A stretch of DNA of 64,000 nucleotides from contig CAZYWG010000003.1 of assembly GCA_964651815.1 (NCBI GenBank), positions 52,531-116,530 of the forward strand, read 5' to 3'. The position numbers and the translations under genes are program-made. The stretch's first letter is position 1; every line of letters starts with the position of its first letter. The notes under the pieces were generated by a model. It was not told where the DNA came from, ran no database searches, and worked only from the letters and a program-made list of their open reading frames with translations. Source of the stretch: an uncultured Gammaproteobacteria bacterium. GTDB lineage: Bacteria; Patescibacteriota; Microgenomatia; Levybacterales; GWA1-39-11. Below are positions 21,520 to 31,516 of the stretch, in pieces.

Positions 21520-22716
21520 CTATTGGATTTGCGAAATTAATGCATAAATTGGAGTTATAACCGAGAGTATTAAGAATCCAACGGAAATACCTAGTGAAAT
21601 TATCAAAATAGGCTCAATCGCAGTTGTAAGAGTTTTGATTCTTACATCCAAATCACGTTCAAAATATTCTGATATTTTATTTAAACTGTCATCAATTTTT
21701 CCTGTTGATTCACCAACTTTAGCCATTTGGATAAGCATCGAGGGAAAAATATTTGTACTTTGCATAGCATCAGACAAAGAAATACCTTTTTCAACTAGCT
21801 CGCTTGTTGAAAGAATTGCAGTTTTGTACCAATAATTGTCCGCTACATTTGCAACAATATGAAGACTTTCAATTATAGATGCACCTGAAGCAACAAGTAG
21901 AGACAGAGTCCTTGATATTTCATTTAACGTGGAAAGCCTAATTATTTGTCCAAAAACTGGTAGTCTTAACTTGACTTTGTCAATTATTTTGATACCTTCT
22001 TCTGTTTTTTTAAATCTTTTATACAAAAAAACACCTACAACACCAAAAAGTATTCCGGGGATATAAAATGTTGTGAAGAATTTAGAAAAACCAAGTACTA
22101 TTCTAGTTGTGAGTGGAAGATTTAAATTTAAGTTTTGATACAAGCTCCCAAGTTGCGGAATAACAAAAACATTCATGATAATAATTACTACAATAACTCC
22201 CGTTATAACTATGGCCGGGTAAACAAGTGCCGACCTAACTTTCTTTTGGAGGTCATCTGATTTTTCAAGGTTATCAGCGAGTCTGCCTAGTACTTTATCA
22301 AGTAATCCGCCCTTTTCTGCGGCCTTAATAAGCGCTATATAAAGATTTGAAAAATAGGGCCTATGTATAGACAAGGCGTCAGAAAATGAAGTCCCTTCTG
22401 AAATTTGCACTATTAAATCATTTATTATTTCCTGCATTCCTTGACTTTGAACTTGGTCTTTGAGTATTTTCAATGACTCCATAAGCGTGAGGCCCGTTAG
22501 CGCCATAGATGAAAGCTGACGCGTGAAAATAATGATATCCGAGTTTTTAACTTTTTTAAAAAAGAGAAATCCCGAAGTATCATCTATTTTTCTTACGGAC
22601 AAAGGGGTGATGTTGGCAGTGCGTAAAAAATCTATAACCTCACGCTCGTTATTTGCTTCAATTTTTCCTTTTGCTTTGAGTGAATTTTTGTCAACTCCTG
22701 TGTAGATAAATTGCAT
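21520..22716 (-). CDS. pilC: Type IV pilus platform protein PilC (GspF family)
   Basis: FTRQLSSM, AAEKGGLL..VL.RLA, KVRSALVYP, VGESTG, IEPILII. Confidence 0.93.
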   Translation of the reverse strand: MQFIYTGVDKNSLKAKGKIEANNEREVIDFLRTANITPLSVRKIDDTSGFLFFKKVKNSDIIIFTRQLSSMALTGLTLMESLKILKDQVQSQGMQEIINDLIVQISEGTSFSDALSIHRPYFSNLYIALIKAAEKGGLLDKVLGRLADNLEKSDDLQKKVRSALVYPAIVITGVIVVIIIMNVFVIPQLGSLYQNLNLNLPLTTRIVLGFSKFFTTFYIPGILFGVVGVFLYKRFKKTEEGIKIIDKVKLRLPVFGQIIRLSTLNEISRTLSLLVASGASIIESLHIVANVADNYWYKTAILSTSELVEKGISLSDAMQSTNIFPSMLIQMAKVGESTGKIDDSLNKISEYFERDLDVRIKTLTTAIEPILIISLGISVGFLILSVITPIYALISQIQ

Positions 22717-22719
22717 AAG

Positions 22720-23784
22720 TTAGCCGAGAAGTTGCATAAATGTATCCATCCTTAGAGCATAGGTGCGTGCCGTTTCGAGGGAAATTCTTCCTTCTCTAAC
22801 TAAAATTGCAAGAGAAGATTCAAGAGGAATCATGCCGATGTCTTGAGACGTTTCTATTATAGAATCAATAAGATGAGTTTTTGACTCACGAATGTTAGAC
22901 CTAACGGCGTTGTTTGCAATTAACACCTCGCATGCCGCTACCCGCCCGCCGTCAATTCTAGGTATTAGGCGCTGGGAAATAATCCCTCCAAGAGACGCGG
23001 CAAGCTGCGTCCTTATTTGATTTTGTTGTCTGTCAGGGAATGAATCAATTATTCTATCAATACTTTGCGCGGCAGAATTTGTGTGAAGTGTTGAAAAAAC
23101 CAAGTGACCTGTCTCGGCCACAGTAATTGCTGACGCAATACTTTCAGGATCTCTCATTTCACCAATTAACAAAACGTCAGGATCTTCACGCAAGGAACTT
23201 TTGAGCGATTCCCCCCAGGAAAGAGTATCTATGCCTACTTCTCTTTGAGAAATAATGCTTTTTCCCTTTGGGTAAACATATTCAATAGGATCTTCAACAG
23301 TTACAATGTTTCTTGCATCTGTTGTATTAATTTCATTAATTATTGAGGCAATGGTAGTTGATTTGCCGTGTCCTGTGGGTCCTGTGACTAGAATAAACCC
23401 TTGTCTCAACTTAGCAAATTCATGGCAAATTTGCGGAATATTGAGTTCTTCAATGGTTTTGACGCGCGCCGGCAATAAACGGAAAGCCCCGGCAATTGTT
23501 CCCCTCTGGTAATAAAGATTTATTCTGAAACGCCCTAATGCCCCATAATCTCCTCCACCGTAGCCGTAAGAAAAATCTATACATCTATTAACGGCAAGCA
23601 TTTCTTTTTGTGCAGGACTTATTATCGAAAAAACAAGCTCCTCAATGTCTTTTTCTGTCAAAGGTTGGTAATTAAGTGAAACGAGTTTGCCATCAACTCT
23701 TATTGTTGGTACAACACCAACAACAAGGTGCAAATCCGACGCGTTTGCCCCAATAGTTTTATCGAAAAGTTCACTTATAGTCAT
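22720..23784 (-). CDS. pilT: Type IV pilus retraction ATPase
   Basis: ASDLHL, GPTGHGKSTT, EDPIEY, LREDPDV, AETGHLVFSTLHT; AVRSNIRE as the AIRNLIRE variant. Confidence 0.95.
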   Translation of the reverse strand: MTISELFDKTIGANASDLHLVVGVVPTIRVDGKLVSLNYQPLTEKDIEELVFSIISPAQKEMLAVNRCIDFSYGYGGGDYGALGRFRINLYYQRGTIAGAFRLLPARVKTIEELNIPQICHEFAKLRQGFILVTGPTGHGKSTTIASIINEINTTDARNIVTVEDPIEYVYPKGKSIISQREVGIDTLSWGESLKSSLREDPDVLLIGEMRDPESIASAITVAETGHLVFSTLHTNSAAQSIDRIIDSFPDRQQNQIRTQLAASLGGIISQRLIPRIDGGRVAACEVLIANNAVRSNIRESKTHLIDSIIETSQDIGMIPLESSLAILVREGRISLETARTYALRMDTFMQLLG

Positions 23785-23834
23785 AAATAGTTATTAATAG
23801 TTTAATGTCTTTTAACTTATCTCTTACTTCTTAA

Positions 23835-25610
23835 TTACTCCTGCGCCACTCTCAAAATTTCATCCATAGTCGAAATTCCTTCCAGAACCTTAAGATATCC
23901 ATCCTGTTTCATTGTTACCATTCCCTCCGCTTTTGCTTGATTCTCTATCTCTGTCGCATCGCTTTTGTTTAAAATTAACCTTGCAACTTTTTCGCTCACC
24001 TGTAAGACTTCAAAAATCCCTACCCTTCCAATATAACCCGTATGCCCGCAAATATCACATCCCTGACCTTGGTAAAGCCTTATCTCCGATTCGGGTATAG
24101 TCAAAAGACTCCCCAAATTTTTTTTGAGTTCTTCAATCAAAGCGCGAGCAGGTAGATAGTCTTTTTTACAATTTTGGCAAACCTTTCTTGCAATTCGCTG
24201 CCCTACAATTGCGTTCATTGTGGATGCAATCAGGAAAGGTTCTGCGCCCATGTCAATCAAACGCGGGAGCGCGCCTGAAGCGTTTGAAGTATGGATTGTT
24301 GAAAATACTAAATGTCCGGTAAGTGAAGCCTGAATAGCAAGATCTGTCGTTTCTTTATCACGAATTTCACCAACAAGTATGATATTTGGATCTTGTCGTA
24401 AAAAAGAGCGCAATCCTGTTGCAAAAGTGAGACCTACATCAGGATTGATTTGGACTTGGTTTGCCCCCGAAATTTGATATTCCACAGGGTCTTCAAGTGT
24501 GACAATGTTGACTCGTGTTGTATTGAGTTTTGATAACACAGAGTACAAGCTGGTGGTTTTCCCAGAACCTGTTGGTCCACAAACAAGAATTATACCGTGC
24601 GGTCTTAAGATTGAGGCTTCAAGTGACCGCAGCCCTGTTCCTCGCAATCCAAGCTCGGCAAGCGTTGGGACTCCTCCTGATTTTTTGAGAAGTCGCATAA
24701 CAATTTTTTCACCAAATGAAATAGGCAATGTGCTCACGCGGAGATCTACCTCTTCATTCCCAAATTTAAAATTGAAACGTCCATCTTGGGGTATCCTATG
24801 TTCGTCAATTTTCATGTCGGAAAGAATTTTAATTCTCGAAAGTACTGCTTCTTTTACGGCAAGAGGTAACGCAAGCCTTTCATACAATATTCCGTCAATT
24901 CTGTATCTTACGCGAATTCTGTCTTCTTGAGGCTCCAGATGTACGTCTGACGCCTTACTTTTTATTGCATATTCAAGAATTGTTGAAACAATTTTTGCAA
25001 TTGGAGCCTCTTTAATTACGTCACTTATCGAGTTTTTATCAAATGTTTTTACTCCTGTTATTTCTTCCGTTTCTTTAAGCGCGGCTTTTACATCTCCAAC
25101 AAGTCCAAACGTATACTGATTCTGTATGGCAGTTTTGATTTCGCCCGGGATAGCCTGAAATGTTAAGATAATCTTGTTTGTTTTTTGCTTAAGAAAGTTA
25201 ACTGTTTCAAGGTCAAGTGGATCCCCCATTGCAATAGACAACGTATTTTTTTCTTTGTCATATGCAAATGGAATAATATTAAATCTGTCTGCAACTGCTT
25301 TATTTACATAACTCATTGATTCCGGGGAAAAAGGAAGATTTGCAACTGAAACAAACGGTATTCCAATTAATTTTGCCCGGGTTTCATAAAAAATTTCATC
25401 ACTTACAAATTTTGAATCAAGCAAGACTTTATCAACGGGTAATTCTTTTTGGACTGCCGCGAATTTAACCTTATCGTATTGTTCTTGATTAATTGCTCCA
25501 TCATGGAAAAGTATGCCGGCAATGTCTTTCCCCTGCGCCTGAGAGGAAGCTCCGGCAGTCTGAGCTTGCGAAGTTTGATTTGAAATTGGATTGTTTTGGG
25601 CAGGATCCAT
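23835..25610 (-). CDS. pilB: Type IV pilus assembly ATPase PilB/GspE
   Basis: ASDVHLEP, PQDGR, GPTGSGKTT, LRQDPNII, CQNC..CDIC zinc motif. Start placed at ATG 25610. Confidence 0.95.
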   Translation of the reverse strand: MDPAQNNPISNQTSQAQTAGASSQAQGKDIAGILFHDGAINQEQYDKVKFAAVQKELPVDKVLLDSKFVSDEIFYETRAKLIGIPFVSVANLPFSPESMSYVNKAVADRFNIIPFAYDKEKNTLSIAMGDPLDLETVNFLKQKTNKIILTFQAIPGEIKTAIQNQYTFGLVGDVKAALKETEEITGVKTFDKNSISDVIKEAPIAKIVSTILEYAIKSKASDVHLEPQEDRIRVRYRIDGILYERLALPLAVKEAVLSRIKILSDMKIDEHRIPQDGRFNFKFGNEEVDLRVSTLPISFGEKIVMRLLKKSGGVPTLAELGLRGTGLRSLEASILRPHGIILVCGPTGSGKTTSLYSVLSKLNTTRVNIVTLEDPVEYQISGANQVQINPDVGLTFATGLRSFLRQDPNIILVGEIRDKETTDLAIQASLTGHLVFSTIHTSNASGALPRLIDMGAEPFLIASTMNAIVGQRIARKVCQNCKKDYLPARALIEELKKNLGSLLTIPESEIRLYQGQGCDICGHTGYIGRVGIFEVLQVSEKVARLILNKSDATEIENQAKAEGMVTMKQDGYLKVLEGISTMDEILRVAQE

Positions 25611-25732
25611 AATTTTTGCTACTCGTTTTTCGTCATTTGTTTTTTTGTGCCTAAACTCACAACACAAAAAAACGACGAGCGAATCGCGGTTAGCTAATTC
25701 AATCGTACGAAATATATTGATATAATGTCAAT

Positions 25733-26371
25733 ATGCGTGCATATGTTTTAATTGGTGGTCAGTCTCAAAAAGAAAAGTACATTTCCGAATTCGTTCAAAA
25801 AAACCATGTTATGCCCTACTATATATATAGATATACTGAGTCATTGAAAATATTGGAGGCAAAAGATATAAAGAAAAAACTCGCCGTGAGTTCTTCGAGC
25901 CAGAAATTATTCATTATAGAATCAGTTCCCACACTTGAATCGCAAAATGCATTACTTAAAACTATTGAAGAATTGCCAGAGGACGCTGACTTTATGTTTT
26001 TAGACGGATCAGGACTTTTGCCGACTGTTGTATCAAGATGCACAATTATAAATTTAGAGCCTGAGCAAATACTTTCGTCGGGGGAATTGGAAACATTGCT
26101 TTCAAATTTATTGGAAAGCAATGCAAGCTATAATTTGCCTTCGGTTATGTTATTTGTTGATAAATTTTCTGAGAAAGATTTTGAAATTGAAGAAATAGAA
26201 CGTGCAATGAGAGAAATAATGTTTAAATTTATAAATACCAAAAATTACTCCTCTGCCCTTTTGGCAGAAAAATTACTGAAAAAATTAATTGATAAAAATT
26301 TGCTTATCAAATACAATAATTTAAACAAACGACTTGTCTTGGAAACGATCTTTCTAAATAATCTTCGATAA
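25733..26371 (+). CDS. Short DNA polymerase III delta'-like protein
   Basis: ESQNALLKTIEE and LLPTVVSRC motifs of HolB. Confidence 0.7.
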   Translation: MRAYVLIGGQSQKEKYISEFVQKNHVMPYYIYRYTESLKILEAKDIKKKLAVSSSSQKLFIIESVPTLESQNALLKTIEELPEDADFMFLDGSGLLPTVVSRCTIINLEPEQILSSGELETLLSNLLESNASYNLPSVMLFVDKFSEKDFEIEEIERAMREIMFKFINTKNYSSALLAEKLLKKLIDKNLLIKYNNLNKRLVLETIFLNNLR

Positions 26372-26391
26372 ATCAAGGCTAAATTGCCCTA

Positions 26392-26421
26392 TTGACAATG
26401 TATTATGTTTATGGTTATTAT
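26392..26421 (+). promoter_or_regulatory. Promoter of first pilin
   Basis: TTGACA-N18-TATTAT upstream of ATG 26432. Confidence 0.6.
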
Positions 26422-26431
26422 TAATTACAAC

Positions 26432-26956
26432 ATGAAAACTGCTCAATTCGCTAAAGCAAATCTTCGCAAAGGATTCACTCTTATTGAACTTCTTGTAGTC
26501 ATTGCAATCTTAGCTGTTTTGGCAGTAATAGTTTTGACTGTAATAAACCCGGGTAACAGAATTGCATCTGGTAAAAATGCAAGAGTTAGGGCAGATCTTG
26601 CGTCAATTGGACGAGGTGCTACTCTATTTTACTCTGATACTAGCTCTCCTCAGAGTCCTGCTTGTACTCTCCCCGGTTCATATCCTGACGCATTTGGAGT
26701 TACCGCTGCAGGATGTACACAGATTGCATTTCAGGCAACCGTGAATGATCCTGATGGATCTGCATATGTTATAAATAAAACTCCTCCAACTTGTACCGCT
26801 GGTGGAACTACTGCTTGCACAGGATTTGCAATAGCAGGTCCGGCATACACTGACAACGTAATAAACGCAGGTTCACTTAAGGCATGGTGTTGGCAAGCTA
26901 AGACCGGAACAATAACTCAAGTAACAGATAAAACAACTACAAACTGCGCCCCATAA
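26432..26956 (+). CDS. Type IV pilin (probable major pilin)
   Basis: KG|FTLIELLVVIAIL prepilin motif; has its own promoter and terminator. Confidence 0.93.
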   Translation: MKTAQFAKANLRKGFTLIELLVVIAILAVLAVIVLTVINPGNRIASGKNARVRADLASIGRGATLFYSDTSSPQSPACTLPGSYPDAFGVTAAGCTQIAFQATVNDPDGSAYVINKTPPTCTAGGTTACTGFAIAGPAYTDNVINAGSLKAWCWQAKTGTITQVTDKTTTNCAP

Positions 26957-26979
26957 ATAATTGGAGTTGATAAAGAGTC

Positions 26980-27004
26980 AAGCCGGGTTTGCCCGGTTTT
27001 TTTA
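26980..27004 (+). terminator. Intrinsic terminator
   Basis: AAGCCGGG-TTTG-CCCGGTTT followed by a T tract. Confidence 0.8.
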
Positions 27005-27275
27005 TTTGCAAGAAAAATATTTGGTGCGATGCTTTCCATAAATAAGAAAGTTGGAATCAGACTTATACTTCACAATGAAAAACTTTTTATTTTAAATTTT
27101 GAGTTTTTCAGTAAATTAAACCTTGAGAGTAATTTCTAAGTCACAAAGTACAAGCAAAATAGTTCTTGGATTAATTTTATAAGCGCAGGTACCTTCAGTT
27201 TCTTATGGAGCTTGACACCTATCTTGATTTATGTTTTGCTTATTGTAGGTATTAAATATGTAACTTACATTGGTT

Positions 27276-27833
27276 ATGGAATTTATGGGATTTGCACAAA
27301 AGAAAAAGTATTTATCATTTCTTAGTTCTCATTTCTTAGTTGCCAAAGGATTCACCCTTATTGAACTTCTTGTAGTCATTGCAATATTAGCAGTATTGGC
27401 AGTAATAGTTTTGACAGTAATAAATCCGGGTAAAAGAATTGCATCAGGTAAAAATGCAAGAGTTAGGGCAGATCTCGCGTCAATTGGCCGTGCGGCTACA
27501 CTCTTTTACACCGATACTGCTTCGCCTCAAAACCCCACTTGTACTACCCCAAGTTCATATCCAGAAGCATTTGGAGTTACTGCTGGAGGATGCGGTACAA
27601 AGGTTGCATTTCAGGCAACTGTAAATGACCCTGATGGATCTGCATATACTATAAATGTTCCTACTGGGTGTTCTGCTAGTGGAGCAACAGCCTGCACAGG
27701 ATTTGCAATTGCAGGTCCGGCATACACTGACAACGTAATAAACGCAGGTTCACTTAAAGCATGGTGTTGGCAAGCAAAGACCGGAACAGTAACTCAGGTA
27801 ACAGATAAAACAACCACAAACTGCGCCCCATAA
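27276..27833 (+). CDS. Type IV pilin, close paralog of 26432-26956
   Basis: KG|FTLIELL motif; near-identical N- and C-terminal blocks. Start uncertain (27270/27276/27285). Confidence 0.92.
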   Translation: MEFMGFAQKKKYLSFLSSHFLVAKGFTLIELLVVIAILAVLAVIVLTVINPGKRIASGKNARVRADLASIGRAATLFYTDTASPQNPTCTTPSSYPEAFGVTAGGCGTKVAFQATVNDPDGSAYTINVPTGCSASGATACTGFAIAGPAYTDNVINAGSLKAWCWQAKTGTVTQVTDKTTTNCAP

Positions 27834-27920
27834 ATATCAAACGTTTTCTTGACAACATATTAAGTTCTTGTTTAAACTTATTAAGATCTTGCTTAAACTA
27901 AAAGAAGGTACGTACAATTT

Positions 27921-28496
27921 ATGAAATCGCCTAAAAAACTCTCATCTACTATTTCTCATTTCTCACCTCAAAAAAGATTTGTCCTGAGCTTGCCTGCGGG
28001 ATTCACCCTTATTGAACTTCTTGTAGTCATTGCAATCTTAGCAGTATTGGCAGGAATGGTTTTATTAATAATAAATCCTGGCAAAAGAATTGCTTCATCA
28101 AAAGATGCAAATGTTAAATCTGACATCACAACCCTAGCTGTTGCTTTGCAAGGTTATTACACGGCTCAAGCTTCCACGCAATATACCACCACTTTAGATG
28201 GTTTGGTAACGTCAGGTGAATTAAAATCGGTGCCGAAACAGCAATCAGGAAATATTACTTGTCCTGCTGCTGCTGCTGGTTCTACGCTGAATGTTTCTGG
28301 GACGGCGGGTACGACTGGTTATTATTATTGCTATTATACGGTTACCGTGTCGGGCGCTGTGACTTCTGTAGCTGTCATGGGTAGTCTTTTCAACGTTGCT
28401 TCAAACACATGGCATTGTTGGGATTCAAATACCGGTGCATATAAATCTTCAACCACCGCTGCCCCAACAGTTGCCTCAAGCCAGCTAAGCTGTTAA
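27921..28496 (+). CDS. Type IV pilin
   Basis: AG|FTLIELLVVIAIL; Ser/Thr-rich with Cys pairs. Confidence 0.9.
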   Translation: MKSPKKLSSTISHFSPQKRFVLSLPAGFTLIELLVVIAILAVLAGMVLLIINPGKRIASSKDANVKSDITTLAVALQGYYTAQASTQYTTTLDGLVTSGELKSVPKQQSGNITCPAAAAGSTLNVSGTAGTTGYYYCYYTVTVSGAVTSVAVMGSLFNVASNTWHCWDSNTGAYKSSTTAAPTVASSQLSC

Positions 28497-28581
28497 ATCA
28501 TAACCTTGTTATACCGCGTATAAACAGGATAGGCGGATATATCAGCCAAACCAATTGATTTCCCCTAATCCTACATATAGA

Positions 28582-30633
28582 ATGGTAGATATTATAAAAG
28601 CACTTAAAAGCAACCGATGGTACTTAGAGTATTTGGCGATATTAATATTCTTAATTTTGGTGGGAATATTATACATTTTTAACTTAACACGAGATGTATG
28701 GGGGGATAGCGGAGACTTAGTTACTGCCGCTTACGTTTTTGGAGTTGCACACCCCTCCGGATACCCCCTGTTTACATTTCTTGGATACTTTTTTTCTCAT
28801 CTTCCACTACCTCAGCCTCCAGTATTTAGAGTTGGTTTGATTTCTGTATTTTCTTCCCTCTTAACTCTTTTTATTTTATTTAAACATTCGTTTAGGGTAA
28901 CTAAAAATATTGCAATGTCGCTTCTTACAGTATCAATACTCGCCTTTTCTTATTTATTTTGGTTTTATACAGAAGTACCCGATGTATTTGCTTTAAATAG
29001 TCTGTTTGCAGTGTTACTTATATTTCTAGCGACCCTTTTTTATCAGGAAAAAAAGATGAAATATCTATACCTTTTAGTATTCTTCTCTGCCCTATCGCTC
29101 ACACACCAGGAAACAATTATTCTGATATTCCCTTCCATAATATTTCTTGTTTTAAAAAGAACTGGCATCATAATCAAAAACAAACGTAACATAATCATTA
29201 TGTTTTTGTCGGCTTTATTGGGTTTTACTCCATTTCTTTATATACCAATTGCAGCAAGTCACAACCCAGTTATCAACTGGGATCACGCCTCAAACATCTC
29301 TAACTTTTTGTATTTAATTTTACGTAAAGATTACGGATCGGCCCCCGGAATTACAAGTAATTTTCCACTTTTTTATAAACTTTTTTTTATAAAGCACTAT
29401 TTTCAGTCAACTATAGAATCATTGACCCTACCAACTATTCTTATTTGCGTGGCTGGTGCTTTAAAGTTATTCAAGAAAGACAAGGGCTTATCCTTAAGCC
29501 TTGTGTTTGCGTTTATTTTGTCAGGACCTCTGTTTGCTCTTTATTTTTTTGTGTTTTATATACCTTATACCAATATACTTTATTGGCTGGGAGCGATTGA
29601 AAGATTTTATATATTGCCAACTTTAGTCCTTATGTTTTTCTTCCCTTACGGACTGATTTATGTAAATGAATTGCTGGATTCTAAGTTTTCCGAAATGTTT
29701 GGTAAATTTATATTTCTTGTATTATTTTTTATCCCATTGTTCTTATTAATAACCAATTATAAAACAGCCACGCTTTCATCATCACAAATTGGAAATAATT
29801 ATGCTAAAGATGTTCTTACTCCAGTTCCTAACAAAACTGCACTTTTAGTGGCAGGAGATAATCCTACCTTCAATTTGTGGTACTTGCATTTTGTTTTAGG
29901 TAAAAGAGCTGACGTAGATTTTATTCATGAGGGTGGCGTTGGAGGAGGGAGCATTATTTGGTTTAATGCTATGCAAGAATTTTTTAGACGTAAAGGTATT
30001 CAATCAGTTAATCTAAGTGACATATATAAATATAAAATAGACATATTTAAGCAGCTCGCAAGCAACAGACCCGTTTTAAGTACTGGAATTATAGATCTAG
30101 GAAATTCTGATTTGATTTGGGTTCCACTTGGGGTTACTTACATTCTTACAAAAAAATCTGATATTCCTTCTGAGAATGACTTCACTGCAGAAGTAGAAAA
30201 GGCTTGGAAAAAGATAAATTCTCCTACAAGAGATAATCTCCTGCCCTCAGAGCAAAATTTTATGATTGCTAAAATCGTAGAATATTATTCATCCGTCCTG
30301 TTTGACACCGGCAATTTTTACAAACTAGTTTTTAAGGATTATAAGATGGCCCAAAAGTATTATAAAAAAGCCGTTGAAATTGACCCAGAAAATCCGGATG
30401 CCTATAGTGAATTAGGTCTTGCATCATTTGAGTTAACAAAGAATTGTCGAGAAGCTGAAGAAGCCGAAAAAACAGCTATAGATCTTAGCTATAGTATCTT
30501 AAGTTCACCAAAACAATATTATGCAAATTTATATCTTATTTATAAAGCATGTAAGGACCAAAAAGGAATGAACCCGCTAATAAATGAATATAATTCAGCC
30601 TTCCATGAAGATATTAAAAAGAATTTTAAATAA
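28582..30633 (+). CDS. DUF2723/TMEM260-like GT-C glycosyltransferase with C-terminal TPR
   Basis: WGDSGDLVTAAYVFGVAHPSGYPLF, EVPDVFALN, many TM helices, GDNPTFNLWY, and TPR YYKKAVEIDPENPDAY. Confidence 0.82.
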   Translation: MVDIIKALKSNRWYLEYLAILIFLILVGILYIFNLTRDVWGDSGDLVTAAYVFGVAHPSGYPLFTFLGYFFSHLPLPQPPVFRVGLISVFSSLLTLFILFKHSFRVTKNIAMSLLTVSILAFSYLFWFYTEVPDVFALNSLFAVLLIFLATLFYQEKKMKYLYLLVFFSALSLTHQETIILIFPSIIFLVLKRTGIIIKNKRNIIIMFLSALLGFTPFLYIPIAASHNPVINWDHASNISNFLYLILRKDYGSAPGITSNFPLFYKLFFIKHYFQSTIESLTLPTILICVAGALKLFKKDKGLSLSLVFAFILSGPLFALYFFVFYIPYTNILYWLGAIERFYILPTLVLMFFFPYGLIYVNELLDSKFSEMFGKFIFLVLFFIPLFLLITNYKTATLSSSQIGNNYAKDVLTPVPNKTALLVAGDNPTFNLWYLHFVLGKRADVDFIHEGGVGGGSIIWFNAMQEFFRRKGIQSVNLSDIYKYKIDIFKQLASNRPVLSTGIIDLGNSDLIWVPLGVTYILTKKSDIPSENDFTAEVEKAWKKINSPTRDNLLPSEQNFMIAKIVEYYSSVLFDTGNFYKLVFKDYKMAQKYYKKAVEIDPENPDAYSELGLASFELTKNCREAEEAEKTAIDLSYSILSSPKQYYANLYLIYKACKDQKGMNPLINEYNSAFHEDIKKNFK

Positions 30634-30721
30634 ATCATAAGGGGCGTTTTTTACTACTTGCTTTTATATATTGTTTTTGGCTGGGGTTTACATTTACAAA
30701 ACATTATCTTAAACTTTTAAA

Positions 30722-31516
30722 GTGCAAATATATCTAGGTTTTATTTTCTTTATAATTGGCACCGCAGTCGGGAGTTTTTTAGGGGTTGTTATAGACCGCC
30801 TACCTAGGAAAAAATCAATATGGGTTGGACGGTCTGTTTGTGACTCTTGCCACAAAAAGCTTACGCCAATCGAACTTGTACCCGTCGTTTCATATATAGT
30901 CCAGGGTGGTAAGTGCAGAAAGTGCCATGCTAAACTTCCGCTTAAGCTTCTCATTTGCGAGGTTTTAACAGGCCTGGCTTTTGTTTTAGTGTATCTTGTT
31001 TTTCCCCTTTCAGCCTTCCATTTTCAACCCACTCTTTTTACGTTCTTCACTATTCTTTATCTACTTCTCGTGATGTGTCTTAATATTGTTATCTTTTATA
31101 TAGATCTGGATTTTGGGATTATTCCAGACGAATTAATAGGAGTTTTTGTTATTACGGCCCTGCTTTACAACTTTATTTTTTTCAGAGTTGGTTTTATTGT
31201 TCACATTTTCTCGGGCTTAGGAGCTTTTTTACTATTCTTATTCCTATATCTTATAACGCGAGGCCGTGGAATGGGTTTTGGGGACGTAAAATATGCTCTT
31301 GCAATTGGTCTGTTTTTGGGATTTCCAGCCATAATAGTAAGTCTTTACTTTGCTTTCTTGACAGGCGCGGCAATTTCACTAATACTTATAGTATATGGGA
31401 ATAAACATCTTAAAAGCTCCATTCCGTTTGGTCCGTTCTTGGCTGCTGGGACTATCTTTGCCTGTTTTTGGGGAGAAAGCGCAATTAAATTTATTTTCAA
31501 AGTTTTCAATTGGTAA
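30722..31516 (+). CDS. pilD: Prepilin peptidase
   Basis: GSFLGVVIDRLP, RSVCDSC..GKCRKC, IDLD..IIPD, GMGFGDVK, IPFGPFL. Confidence 0.95.
   Translation: MQIYLGFIFFIIGTAVGSFLGVVIDRLPRKKSIWVGRSVCDSCHKKLTPIELVPVVSYIVQGGKCRKCHAKLPLKLLICEVLTGLAFVLVYLVFPLSAFHFQPTLFTFFTILYLLLVMCLNIVIFYIDLDFGIIPDELIGVFVITALLYNFIFFRVGFIVHIFSGLGAFLLFLFLYLITRGRGMGFGDVKYALAIGLFLGFPAIIVSLYFAFLTGAAISLILIVYGNKHLKSSIPFGPFLAAGTIFACFWGESAIKFIFKVFNW

Noticed and set aside
26432-27833. Diversity-generating retroelement template/variable repeats
   Set aside because: Mismatches include non-adenine changes and indels, both copies are full genes, and no reverse transcriptase is in the window.
27980-28002. GTCCTGAGCTTGCCTGC in the pilin 3 leader, reminiscent of a REP-like repeat
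   Set aside because: Single short degenerate copy in this window; insufficient support.
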